Source of the DNA: Catajapyx aquilonaris
Lineage: Eukaryota
Direction of reading: 5' to 3'
Assembly: GCA_000934665.2 (NCBI GenBank)
Contig: KZ538183.1
Span: forward strand, 1 to 64,000
DNA: 64,000 nt
Of the stretch, positions 27,358 to 38,639 are shown one piece after another (position 1 is the stretch's first letter; every line of letters begins with the position of its first letter). The translations under genes and the position numbers were made by a program. The notes below the pieces were generated by a model, which saw only the letters and a list, made by a program, of their open reading frames with translations, was not told the origin of the DNA and did not search any database.

Positions 27358-27717
27358 GGGGTCGTCCATATACCACGTGACCGATTTTTGCCCACTTTTT
27401 GACCCCCCCCCCCTCCCCCCTCCCAGTGACCGACCGTGGTATCCATTGGAACCCCCCCCCCCCCTTTTTCACGTGTTTTTAAAAAAATGTCAATGTTATC
27501 AGAAAAAACTCGATCGAAATTGATAGCTCCTCAACTAAACTGTTTAAGCACGTAAAAAACATGTCTCCCCATGTTTTCGGGGTCGCTGACTTCGAATTTT
27601 AGGTTATTTTGAACCCATGTGCACCTGCAAAGGCTCCCATATGTGCCAATTCACTGTGTTCAGAGATCCCACGNCCCCCCTCCCCCCAAAACGGTCACGT
27701 GGTATATGGACGACCCC
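27358..27717. mobile_element. PIF/Harbinger (Tourist-like) MITE
   Basis: TAA TSD and perfect TIRs GGGGTCGTCCATATACCACGTGACC. Confidence 0.85.
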
Positions 27718-27919
27718 TAAGGGGTTTGACCTGCAAAAAATGGGTTCCATCTTTGACATTGAATGCCAATTGTTTCCTGGCAGGCATTTTCACCAAAAAA
27801 GCAGCGAGAATTCTCACCAGAAATTAGTAGGTGAATAATGTCAGAGTTTGCACTCCGCATTGACCAAAACAAAATCATAGCTCAGGACAGTCCAGGGTCA
27901 TCTCTATACTATGATAATA

Positions 27920-28359
27920 CAGGGTGAAGGGAAACTCGCGGACAATCGCCAGGTAAACTTATAGTACTCGAAAAACTAATATGTATAGGGATGTGCAATT
28001 TGTTTTTGGCTCTGTTACGCAGTTAATGCATACGGTGCCCTTAAAGTGTAGAGGGCAGGATGGTGGAATATGAGGCAAAAATGACAAAGTGCATGGGTGT
28101 CGTACCCAGATTCTTCCTCTGACGGGATTTGATCACCTATTGCACATGGACGATGTGTTAGAGGACCAAGGCAAGGGACAGGAGGCCCTCGAGCTGACTT
28201 TTGCATCTTAGAAGCTGGCGGAACGGATGTGACGTCACGAAATTTTGACGCCGCTGTACGCATTAACTATACAACAGAGCCCAAAACTTATTGCACATCC
28301 CTATATTAGTTTTACTATCAGTCTACCGGGCGATTGTCCGTGAGTTTCCCTTCACCCAG
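27920..28359. mobile_element. Tc1/mariner-type MITE
   Basis: TA|CAGGGTGAAGGGAAACTCGCGGACAATCGCC ... inverted copy|TA. Confidence 0.78.
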
Positions 28360-30600
28360 TATAGAGAAGGCCCTGGCCAGTTTAAAAAATTTCGCCACTG
28401 CATCCTGGTCATCCTGGCCTTGAGTGGACAAAAAATAAGGATGGGTCAAACTTACTAGTGAAAATTCTCACGGCACTGCAGCATCGGCCCCTGGACAGTG
28501 TTGCTCAATTAGGTGGAAAATGAGAGCAGTTTTTCCAAAGTCAGAATCAATGGCAGGTCACCTGCATGTCTTATGAACCTAATGATACCACACTCAGAAT
28601 GGAAATAGGAAGGCATAGCATAGCCTTTCCATCAAACTTCCCATGATAAGATCTCATACTAAAGGAATGTGCATTTTTGTGCAAATGCAGCATAAAAAAT
28701 GACAAAACTTTGCTCTCATCTCCCCTAATTAGGCTATGTTTCAGTCTCTAGGCTCAATGCTGACACATGCTGTACATGGCACACTACTAGAAAAACCTCC
28801 CTTGTACCCCCACAAGCTGCTCCATGGCGGACATTGGTGGAAGCATGTACGATGAGAGGGAGTTGATTAATGCTTCCACCAACACCATGTTTGCCTCGGT
28901 GCTGGTTCTGCTTGGAGGTAGAAGACAATTTTTTCCCTGTAGTGTCCTGTGTCCTGCCAGGATGTCATCACATTCCAAAAAATAATGTGCAACCACACTT
29001 TACTTGTGCCGTGGGTGGGCTGACTCCCAAGCTGAGGCGAGGAAAGGAGATAAAAGCACATGGTAGAGGAGTGCCTGTGAGGTTGAGGTGGACTGGTTTA
29101 TTGGGGTAGTCAAAGCAACTACAGGCTATCTGGCATAGGTTCAGGTGAGATAGGAAGAAGGGTTTTGGTCAGTGGGACAAAGTGGGAGAACCCTGCGGAG
29201 ACCCATACAAACACAGAGAACCTCTCGAAATTCCTGTCTTATAAGAAAACCCTTGTCCAAAGCATGGATTGAAAGCTGGACCTCAAGAGGCTGTGATGTG
29301 AACCACTCCTCCCCTGGTTGGGGTGGTGATGCCAGGGGTTGGTGATATAATGGGGCAACAGATTGGAGCATATTTTTCATGAACTATCTCCTCCCACCTG
29401 CCTACTGACTGCCTAGTTGGAAAGTAGCTCTGATTTCATTTCAGTACATTAAGAAACGCCATGATTCCATAAAATATTCCATTTATTCCTTATTTCGCTG
29501 CCCTTCACTTATCAACTACAACTAGACCATCTAGACCAATCCATCACCCCATTCAAACACATCATAAACAATCTCATTTCTGAGTAAATGAACTTATCAT
29601 AAGTTCATTTTGAAGCTAACAAAGTCCCAATATGGCTTCAACACATAGGAGGGTAGCAAGAATAAGGCCTACAGATGGGATTCTCATGGAATTTTTAGGG
29701 GTCCCATAGCAATGAACTTCTGTAAGAGTGATGTCCATACTCCAGAATTCACAAAGTGGAATTCTGGTGTTCTGAGCCCATGGAGTTAATAGCCCTGTAC
29801 TATAATAGCCTACTCCATAATGGGTAAAACCTTCCAAGGTGTACAAGATTTTTTAATTTTCTTGTGATTTCCTCGGGGGGGGGGGGGNGGATGGGACAGG
29901 CCTGACATTACACACCCTTCAAATAATTCATCTTAGCTGTTAATAAAACATTCCTTGCCCAAGTTAGAACTGTCTCATATCATGTAGTGCCACCCAACAA
30001 TGTAGCCAAGTTTTGAGTTGGGGATTGCTAGTCAACACACATACGATTGTTATGTGCCAAAATAATCTATCAGCCACTCGGATAACCAATCCCCTACTAC
30101 TTATGTTACTCTTAGTTAATATTGGAACTTTGAAAGCATGATTTTAAGAAATCCACAACACTTCAAGAGGGGAGGGGGTCCTGGGCCCTTGGGCTCCACA
30201 CTGGCTACATCAGTGGTGCCACCCACCCAATTGGTTGTCGCTTGTTTACGAAAAGTGCCAAGGCAGCCAACTGACGAGAACAAAACTTAAGCGTCCAAGA
30301 GTGATGACAGTAGGTACGAGACATGATTGTCCCTAATAACCTTAGGTTAACTTGTAAATCAGCTGGTAGTGGTGGGGTGAGGAGGGGAAGGGGGTTGCTT
30401 AACCCAAGAATGTCACATGGGGCAGGGTTATTTTCTTCAGATTTGCAAATATTTTTGTTACATGAAGGTGTTGTTGTAACATAAACTACACTTTCCATGG
30501 ACATTTGATGGAAAAACCATCCCCTATACCCCCTTCCTCTCCCCTTCTAACAATTCCAACCCAATGGTCTTGCCTACCGCCCTGATAGAAGCAACTGCGA

Positions 30601-31221
30601 TCAACTCAAGTTGAGCTTGACGGTGCTCCACGATAGACACTTGGGCGGCACCCCTGCAGCTGCTGCGACGACAGAGGCGACGGAGGCGGCGGTGGCAGAC
30701 GAGGAGGCGGAAATGGGTGCCCCCCCGTCCGACTCCGAGGAGGAGGTTGCCGCCCCGCCTGAGGATGCAGCAGAGAACCCAGTCTTAAGACGCTTGGCCA
30801 AATGGCACTGAGTGTGCTTGTTGAGGTGGTCCTTGCGGCTGAAGGCCTTCCCGCACTCTCCGCACTGGTACGTTTTCTCTCCACTGTGGATCACAAAGTG
30901 CCGAACCAAATGGTCATTGCGCTTGAATGTCTTGAGACACACGCTGCATACATGGCGCCTATCTTCATCAGGTGGCGCCACAGGAGCAGGCCGACGTGGC
31001 TTCTCTGGCTGGCGGCGAGGCTTCGGGATCAGCTGGTGATGAAGTGGGTGAGTTGGGGCATGGCTTGTGACGGGGGGCGGGGCTTGCTGGGCCGCGATCG
31101 GAGCTTGCTGAGCTGCAATCGAGGGGCACTCCACCACCAGATTGGTCATATGACCCAGGAAGGAGGCCTCGACTGTGGCGACAACCGCCGACTGGTGGAC
31201 GCCCCCGCCCCCCGGCACTAG
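30601..31221 (-). CDS. Putative stop-codon readthrough extension of the zinc-finger gene, 206 codons with two more C2H2 fingers
   Basis: Open and in frame with the upstream CDS across a single TGA (31224-31222) followed by CTAG. Encodes HVCSVCLKTFKRNDHLVRHFVIH-SGEKTY-QCGECGKAFSRKDHLNKHTQCH. Confidence 0.75.
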   Translation of the reverse strand, partial: LVPGGGGVHQSAVVATVEASFLGHMTNLVVECPSIAAQQAPIAAQQAPPPVTSHAPTHPLHHQLIPKPRRQPEKPRRPAPVAPPDEDRRHVCSVCLKTFKRNDHLVRHFVIHSGEKTYQCGECGKAFSRKDHLNKHTQCHLAKRLKTGFSAASSGGAATSSSESDGGAPISASSSATAASVASVVAAAAGVPPKCLSWSTVKLNLS

Positions 31222-31224
31222 TCA
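31067..31224 (-). promoter_or_regulatory. Candidate readthrough signal: UGA-CUAG plus a 3' long-range stem
   Basis: mRNA reads UCC UGA CUA GUGCCGGGGGGCGGGG. Bases 31218-31203 pair with 31082-31067 (CCCCGCCCCCCGUCAC) at 15 of 16 positions. Confidence 0.7.
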
Positions 31225-32415
31225 GGACATGACCGATGGTGATGCTGTCTCCGCCGCCGCCTCCGTCGTCGCAGCGCTGGCGCCGCCCCTCCGCCTGTGA
31301 CTCTGCGTGGAAAACTCGGCCTTAACCCTCTTGGCCAGGTGTGTGTGGGCGTGCTTCGCCAGGTGGTCCCTACGGCTAAAACCCTTCCCGCATTCGGTAC
31401 ATACGTGGCTCTTGTCCCCTGAGTGGATGACCCCATGGCGTGCTAGGTGCTCGTTGCGCTTGAACCCCTTCAGGCAAACGCTGCACACATAGGGACGCTC
31501 CCCGCTGTGCTCCTGCTTGTGCCGGTCCAGGTGCTCTTTCCGCTTCAGGCCGGTCCCACACAGGTCGCACACAAATGGACGTTCCAGCCGGTGACCCAAC
31601 ATGTGCTGCTCCAGCTGGTCCTTGTCAGTGTAGGCCACATGACATTGGGGGCAGCAGTACAAGGTAGATCCATCAAGCGCTGTGGTGATCTGTATCTCAC
31701 CCGGAGCTACCCCACGCTTCTTATCCTTGGCAGTAGCCTTCTTCTTCTTCTTTGATTTGACTGGCTTCAGAGGCTCAATACCAGCAGGTGGAGTGTAGCT
31801 GTTGACTCGAATCAGCTGACCCTCAGCCTTCTTCATTGACTCAGCTGAATACTTCAGAAACTGGTGCAGACTCAGTGGAATGGTAGATGGTGGAGGGAAA
31901 CGGGACAGGTAGTCATTGACACTGGTAGATGAACCAGGTGCACCAAACTCAGGCCAAGCACTACCCTTGCGCTCCTTGTCCTTATCATCCTTATCCTCCA
32001 TTCGTGCCACTGTTGCCACTGGTGGGATTAGAATGTTGGCCCCCTGTGTGTAGGTCACGTGGCGGATAGGTACTCCCTCCAGTGTGGTGCTCGCTGGGAT
32101 ATACTTTGCACTCAAGGTTGCCATTCCAATGTTTACCAGTGGTGGAGCTGGAGTAGGTGGGGCAGAGATTGACCCTGAGCGAGGGTATTTGATTACATTG
32201 GAGGTCAAGGTTGGGGAGGAGGTAGATACCTGGTGTGAAGGCTCAGCAGGGGCAGAAGTAGTAACCAAGGAAGGGGGTGGAGGAGGGGGAGGTGGCATGG
32301 AGTTGGTAACAGTAGTTGTAGTACTGGCAGGGTCGTGTGGAAACTTGGCAGTCAGCTGATGAATCGGAGGGAGTGGTGGAGGGGGAAAGTGATTCCCAAA
32401 AGGGGAGAAGTTCAT
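31222..32415 (-). CDS. C2H2 zinc-finger transcription factor, 397 aa, four fingers, intronless CDS
   Basis: ORF from MNFSPFGNHF with a Pro/Ser/Thr-rich N-terminus, a basic NLS-like tract (KSKKKKK), PGEIQITTALDGSTLYCCPQC and four C2H2 fingers with SGERPY-type linkers. From memory it resembles the insect CG12071-type family (unverified). Confidence 0.92.
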   Translation of the reverse strand: MNFSPFGNHFPPPPLPPIHQLTAKFPHDPASTTTTVTNSMPPPPPPPPSLVTTSAPAEPSHQVSTSSPTLTSNVIKYPRSGSISAPPTPAPPLVNIGMATLSAKYIPASTTLEGVPIRHVTYTQGANILIPPVATVARMEDKDDKDKERKGSAWPEFGAPGSSTSVNDYLSRFPPPSTIPLSLHQFLKYSAESMKKAEGQLIRVNSYTPPAGIEPLKPVKSKKKKKATAKDKKRGVAPGEIQITTALDGSTLYCCPQCHVAYTDKDQLEQHMLGHRLERPFVCDLCGTGLKRKEHLDRHKQEHSGERPYVCSVCLKGFKRNEHLARHGVIHSGDKSHVCTECGKGFSRRDHLAKHAHTHLAKRVKAEFSTQSHRRRGGASAATTEAAAETASPSVMS

Positions 32416-33880
32416 TGTCACCTTGGGGGGAGTGTGAGGAGGACACACTCAGGAAGCTGTTTGTAACCAAAGGCACTGTCACTAGTCACTCACTTCAGAA
32501 TCATTCTTGTGTGTTCCAGTAAGTATATTTTCCTGAGTGGCACAGTTGAGTCTGTTGAATGTAGCCAGCAGCTGCAGAAAAAAGAGCGAATAAGAGTTTT
32601 TTATTAATTGCAGGATAAAAGCATAACATTAGTAAACTCTCTGTATAACAAATGTAAAAAAAATACTTGAATAATATTGCATATCAATCCTAATATGTAA
32701 AAACTAATATTTTCAGCACATCACACAATGACTCAAAATAATTTCCTTTGATGTTGCATTGTAAAACTGAACGAACACTATCTGTCAATGCAATTCAAAA
32801 TAATTTAATTTCAATACTCCTCTACTCAAAACCGAAGCAGCACAATTAAGTAACTCACATCATCCTGTATGTGGACAGGAAATGTCTTTCAATAAAAACA
32901 CAAACTTCTTCCATGAATCTAAACATGGCACTAAAAAAACAAGTTGCATTAATTCATGAAAATGCTGACACAGAAATCAAACCAGTGGATATGTAAGAGT
33001 GGGTGTTATGACCTGCCTATTGACACCAGTAAATGATGACTGAAATGATATCTCTGGTTAGGAACAGAAAAAAAGCTACATATTAAATGCCAGGAGCCTA
33101 CCTCACTGTTGGAGACATGTTTTAACTCTTTTTCAGGGTTTTTCACCTTGTACTGTGGCCTAGTGTTTAGTTGAAGTAACATGCCAGGATATTCTCAATA
33201 GTGGGAGTGGAAGGGGACAGCTGGAGAGTCAGGTTTGGTTTGGTTTATTAAGAAGAAGCCAAAGCAACTATGACTATCTGGCTATGAGAAGACGCAAAGG
33301 TGGGACAGATGGAGAGAGAAACGAAGAAGAAAATAGAAGAGAGGAAAGATTGGTCAGGAGTCAGGAGTTGAGGCAAGTTGGGTATTGGATGTAGGGTAAG
33401 AACCCTAACTCTCACGTCTCTGGCCAATCTCTTCCTCCTCCAAAATTAAGAATATAATCAGCATATCACTTCAGCTATACACTGGGCCTCAAAATACACC
33501 CACTGCTGTGAACCCACAGAATAGGCAACACTTACCCTAAAGCCTCTGGATACTTCTTGCACGTTATTCACAACCAGCCCTTCATAACAGCATGTTACTA
33601 GCTTGCACCTTTCCCCATGTACTTTCCAAACCTAAGAAGACATGAAAATATTAGCCTGAAATAAAACTGTGGAAACCAGGGGCAACAACGTATTTCAGTT
33701 AAGCTGGGGCAAGCATTTTGGCGCCCCCTCCCCCCAGAGCTTATTCTAATGAATTTTTAGAACTGCACAAAAAAGACATGTCCAACTTGTAATAGGCAGA
33801 ATGAGAAAAGTGCCAATAAGCCCACCACAGGCGAAATTTTTGTTGTTCAAGGTCACACAAGCTTAGGTGAATGTAACAAA

Positions 33881-34597
33881 GTAAGACCTCGATATAATGC
33901 TCCCGCATATAACGCTTTGCCGCTTTTAACGCTCCTTTTTTCTGGTCCCCATAAAGCCCAGTGGTATTTTCCCACTTATAGCGCCTCCCGCTTTTAATGC
34001 TTTCCTGCATATAGTGTCACTTTCCTCCCCATAATCATGATTATGGGGAGTAAAGTGACTGAATTTTATTTAATTTCTAAATCAGTTACAGATTTTTTTT
34101 TTAAAAAAATCTTTGCGGATTTTCCCTTTGTTCAGCGTTTATTTCTTGCTATAAGAAAAATCCACGTGTCAATATGTGACGGTCACCTTTTTTTATTAAT
34201 ATTTTTGTAGTTGAAAATGTAGGTTTTTGTTGATATTTTAAAAAGACAAAACAAGTAAAATCTCCGCTTCCTTGTAACCTAGCATGGCCGTTCTCATTTG
34301 TTTTATAGCTCTTTTGAAGACGCTTTCAGTCGTACCTTACACTTTTAATTTCTTCCCCATAAGTTTAAGCTTGAGAAATGAAATACCTCTGGATGAGAGT
34401 GGTCCTAAACACTGTCGGGATAAACTATGTGGTACTTGGGCAGGTCAGTTCAGGTTAACATGGTTTATAGGCTTCAATCGACATAGCAACAGTGAAGAAA
34501 TTCCTTTACTGAGAAAAGCGTGAATTAAATCATATATCCCACATATAACGCTACTTTTGGGTGGTCCCTTGAAGAGCGTTATATCGAGGTTTTGCTG
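33881..34597. mobile_element. Tigger/pogo-like MITE (degenerate)
   Basis: GTAAGACCTCGATATAA ... TTATATCGAGGTTTTGCTG|TA. Internal sequence is related to the fragments at 8840-9170. Confidence 0.6.
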
Positions 34598-34943
34598 TAT
34601 ACTGAAGCACATCGGATATAAGCATGTAAAAAGGTCTGTCCCTTCATATTTCCAGCAGTGCCCAGGTACAAGTACAGTTGAATCCGGATGTTATTTTCCG
34701 CATGCCTTTTCCCGCTCCCCGCGTCAGGCGCCCCTTTCGTAATTTTAGGAGGGGGCAATGTATACCCAGCCTCCTGTAGTTGTTACGCCACTGGTGGAAA
34801 CTAATTTGCAATCATTCAGTCTTGGAAAATGTCACCTTTAACTCAATGCACATCTTCAGAGCATTTCCCCTCCTTTACAAGTGTAAGTTAGAGGTTTGAC
34901 GTAGTGAACTTGCACATACTCAATATGTTAATCATGCCGGAAT

Positions 34944-35590
34944 GGGGAACTAGCCTTGGTCTGGGATTTGGGATTTTTGTTCATAACTAGCTAGCCCATG
35001 CCTGTAAACATACATTCCATCACTCTGTTGCATCAAAATGACATTACTGGATAAATTACGGCACATTTAAAAGTGCCTTCAAAATTGGCGGGAAAAACGG
35101 GGCAGCCGGGTGGTGCCAATCGAAAGGGTACACTGAAATTCCTGGTTGACTGAGAGAGATGAGGAAGTTGATTTAGAATTTACCGCGGACGCGACGGAAA
35201 GCATTCGCAAGGTGGCTGTAGGCCATCGAGGTGGAGAAAGGGGGCCTTCATGTGCCGAATTAGGGTGACAGATAATTCCTACCAGTTGGCAGCACTGTCA
35301 GCCCCGAAGCGGTTTGAGCGGCCTGGAATAAATACGCGCCCCGGCCGCTATCTTGCTCACGGAATAGGACGGTTGCTAACAACAACGAAGCATTTTACGA
35401 CAATGACGGGGCGCGTTCTATAGCATCATTTTTGCATTCATTTCACTTCGCGTGACGTCACCATTTCCCTACGAAAAAACGCCAATATCTCCGGAACTGA
35501 AACTGATATCTTAAAACGGAATACGCCAAAAAAATCCAAAAATTATGGGCGAATTTATTATGTAGTTTCCAAAATGAAAGCTAGTTCCCC
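34944..35590. mobile_element. TIR MITE family with GGGGnnCTAGC termini; a relative lies at about 43032-43586
   Basis: GGGGAACTAGCC ... GCTAGTTCCCC. The sub-terminal sequence (CTGGGATTTGGG, AAATTGGCGGGAAAA) is shared with the 43032 copy, and internal segments are shared with 61640-62440. Confidence 0.6.
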
Positions 35591-35699
35591 GTTACTGCTA
35601 CTCGTGTTATTGTCAGGGCATGACATTTTCAGCAAGATGGGTCTTGAGCACCAGAAAGCATGCAAATGCTTCAAGGTATGTTCATTACTGTATGGGATA

Positions 35700-36046
35700 T
35701 ATATATTTTATTATTATTATTATTATTTTTGCATTACCCCATTGGGAGTTACATATCCTTTAGGGGGGTGGAATACCACCATCTCGGTGGAACCAGTATA
35801 CTAAGATAGTATTTAGTTTGTTCCAAGGGTAGGTAGGAGGGGATGTGCAAAGTGCATGTGCAATGTCTCTAACGGTCATTTTGTGAACTCACCCGAGTGG
35901 CTTAGTCTATTGGAAATTCCCACCCGAAGTGAAGCCAGAGATGGCCCAACTCTGCACGGATAAAGGTGGGAACCCCGGGAGGGGATTGAACCCGGGACCT
36001 TAATATCCGTGGGCGCACACGTTACCGCGGCGCCACTTCATCTCCC
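35700..36046 (-). mobile_element. tRNA-derived SINE (family B)
   Basis: TSD TGTATGGGATA, head with B-box GGTTCAATCCC, near-identical to the copy at 47214-47565. Confidence 0.85.
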
Positions 36047-37942
36047 TGTATGGGATAATTGAAAATGACATGCCTCCAATCTTTTTCCTATGATGTTTTT
36101 GTAACGACATCAAATTTCAAGACTCTCACTATGCCCACTGTTCTAAAATTTGAAAAGCTACTCCGGCGGTGTTCTCTAGGAGCATCATAAGTGGTCTCTC
36201 TAAATGTCAATGATATTAAGTAATCTACCATTGAAATATATAAGGTAACTCGCTTGGATCCCCACAAACAAATGGCCAGAAGTGAGCCGAGTGTACATGG
36301 AAACCTCCAAGCTCCAACATATTCAATCCGACACATTTTCGAGCAATTCAAGATATGCACAGAGCACCCCAGAGTAACTTTTCTTTCCACACCATATATT
36401 CACACACTCTTTCCACACAATTCAGACTTCTGTACTGTATGTGACATACGAATCTGCAAACTCCCAACAGTAACGGACTGACACTCATTACACCTTCAAT
36501 TGCGCAGTCCACCTCACAACCCACCACCAGTTCCAAAAAATCTCACCTCCAATCGAAACCATCCTACAAAATCGTTGGTTCAAACTTTACTAATTCTTGT
36601 CACTCTTGCCCCCCTGAGTTTACTAGGCCCTATTTCAGTCAACTCAAATGTTGCTCTCTTTATCCTCCCGTCCACCCATGTCCCAGTCCCTCCACCACGA
36701 CAGCACAGTCCCTTGCACACAACCACCACCCGCACGACCCGTCATTCTCAGTACTCCTCACACACAAAAAAAAACCACTGGTTTTTCTGGCGCGTTCCAA
36801 AAACTACGCTTTGATTTTTCCGGACGCCATGTTGAATCCGGGGGGGTTAGGAGGAGGAGAAAGGGGGTGAGAAAAAAGGGAGGGAGGGGATAACGAACTG
36901 AAATATTTACAGACCACTAATATACCGGGAAGCTGAGACGATATTATACTAGAGGTGACACTGGGATGGTAAAAATTCGAAGAGGTCAACTGGGAGGGGG
37001 GGAAGAAATGAGGGGGGACTTGTAAGGGGGGAGGACTAAATGCAGAATTTTACGGAACGCGTCGGTGACGCTTTCAAGTTGTGCTTGTGGGGTTGGATTT
37101 AATGTTGCTTTTTGTGGGGCGGTTTGGTGGTGTAAAAAATGGAGCGATATTTATAGCCTGTTAAATGTGGGGAGAATACGTTGGTGTAGGTGAGTTGAGA
37201 AGACGGGAGAGAATTGTATTTGAGTAAGTGAGTAACGGACATGGCGCCTTTTCAAATGCGAAACGTGATGCCCGAACTTAAAACGCGCACTTTTCATTGG
37301 GATTGGTAAGATGCGGAGTTGGCATGTGTCACCCCAGTTTTTTGGGAAAAGTCGTGATGAATATGCAGATAGGCTATGTCTAAACTGCATAAATGACGGT
37401 CAACTATCGCAACATTTTCATGGGCGTATAGCCAGGCAGGGGCGGGGGGGAAACGCGCAAAAACCCTGTAGAACAGTGCAAAATTGCACAGTTCTATGGG
37501 TTATTTTCCGTTTTGCCCCATTTTAGGTCGCGAGGAAGGGTTGTGAGCTTGAACCATGGTGGCCGAAAAAATTTCCCCCTCCCCCAGACACCATTTGCGT
37601 NCCCCCCCCCCCCCCCCAACCTAAATCCTGGCTACGCCCATGAACATTTTCAAGATTTTCTGAAACTTGGAAAAATTAATAGGTGTCTTCGCAGACGTTT
37701 TGGGCGTGTTCGTTAGCTCACCTGCTGTGGTTGTAGCTGGTTGTAGTACAAAATTCGTTCGTAAGGTGAGAGCTTCTGCTTTCGTCTGGTGAAGAGTCCT
37801 TCACTTCACAGCCTCACAGCTAGGGTCCTTCAGCATGCTTTTAACCCTAAGCACCTTAGTCAGGTGAGCAAAAATTGTTGAATATTTTTTGATGCTGGCA
37901 GACTTTATTTCCACATTGTTGTGTCCTCCCATAGACTGCAGG

Positions 37943-38639
37943 ATGGCCGAGGGCGGAAAGGTGACCAAGGTCAGTTATTGGCCTGGTGTGGCTGGAAAAT
38001 CCGAGGGCGAAGGAAGCAGCCAGGCCTCCTCTGGCAAGGATCATGCAACTCAGGTCTGGGCAAAAAACCAACAGACAGACAAACTTTGCCTTTTATTATA
38101 ATGACAGATTTTGTCCCCACAGGTGGACGAAAGCATGCATGGTCCTTGGCCAAGCGGCAGGCCAGGCGCAACACCAGGTTGACCCAGCTGATCAAGCTGA
38201 CCAACGAGTCGACCAACAATTAAGTTTCTGCAGAACTTTGACCCTGAGAAAAGCAACAGGGAGCGTAGGAAGCTGACACGGCAGATCTACACTGAGCTGT
38301 AAGTTCATGTCTGGTTAGGTTAGGTTATTATTTCTGCAAATAATTCCCCTGTTTTTTGTCTTCCCTGTTTTCTTTATACCCCAGTTCTACTTCTTTTTCC
38401 AGCAGTAAGCGTAGTCCGACTTTGACGAGCGCGGCCGGCTGACCATAGCTGGCGGGCGTGACCTCTGTGACTGCCTGGATCTGACCTGCCCCGGATGCTT
38501 CTTCCCATGCCCCAAGTGCCGCTCCAACAAGTGCAGCCGCGAGTGCAGGAATGGCCAGAAGTGGATCTATGAGCAGATCGAAATCGAAGGATAGGACAAG
38601 GTCATCAAGAATTCGTTCTTGGCTAAACGGCCAACTTAA
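37943..38639 (+). pseudogene. ARL14EP: ARL14 effector protein-like gene with several frame disruptions (unprocessed pseudogene, or assembly errors)
   Basis: KFLQNFDPEKSNRERRKLTRQIY (38222-38290) and DERGRL...[44 protein letters not shown] (38415-38591) are ARL14EP hallmarks. Introns at 38053-38122 and about 38299-38402 are present. The reading frames do not join, and there is an in-frame TAG at 38592. Confidence 0.8.

Noticed and set aside
31222..31224. Selenocysteine recoding of the TGA
   Set aside because: The position is in a low-complexity linker rather than a redox motif, I could not identify a SECIS element downstream, and the CUAG context explains it better.
30802..32359. Plus-strand ORFs antisense to the zinc-finger gene
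   Set aside because: Shadow ORFs of a GC-rich coding strand with no recognisable domain.
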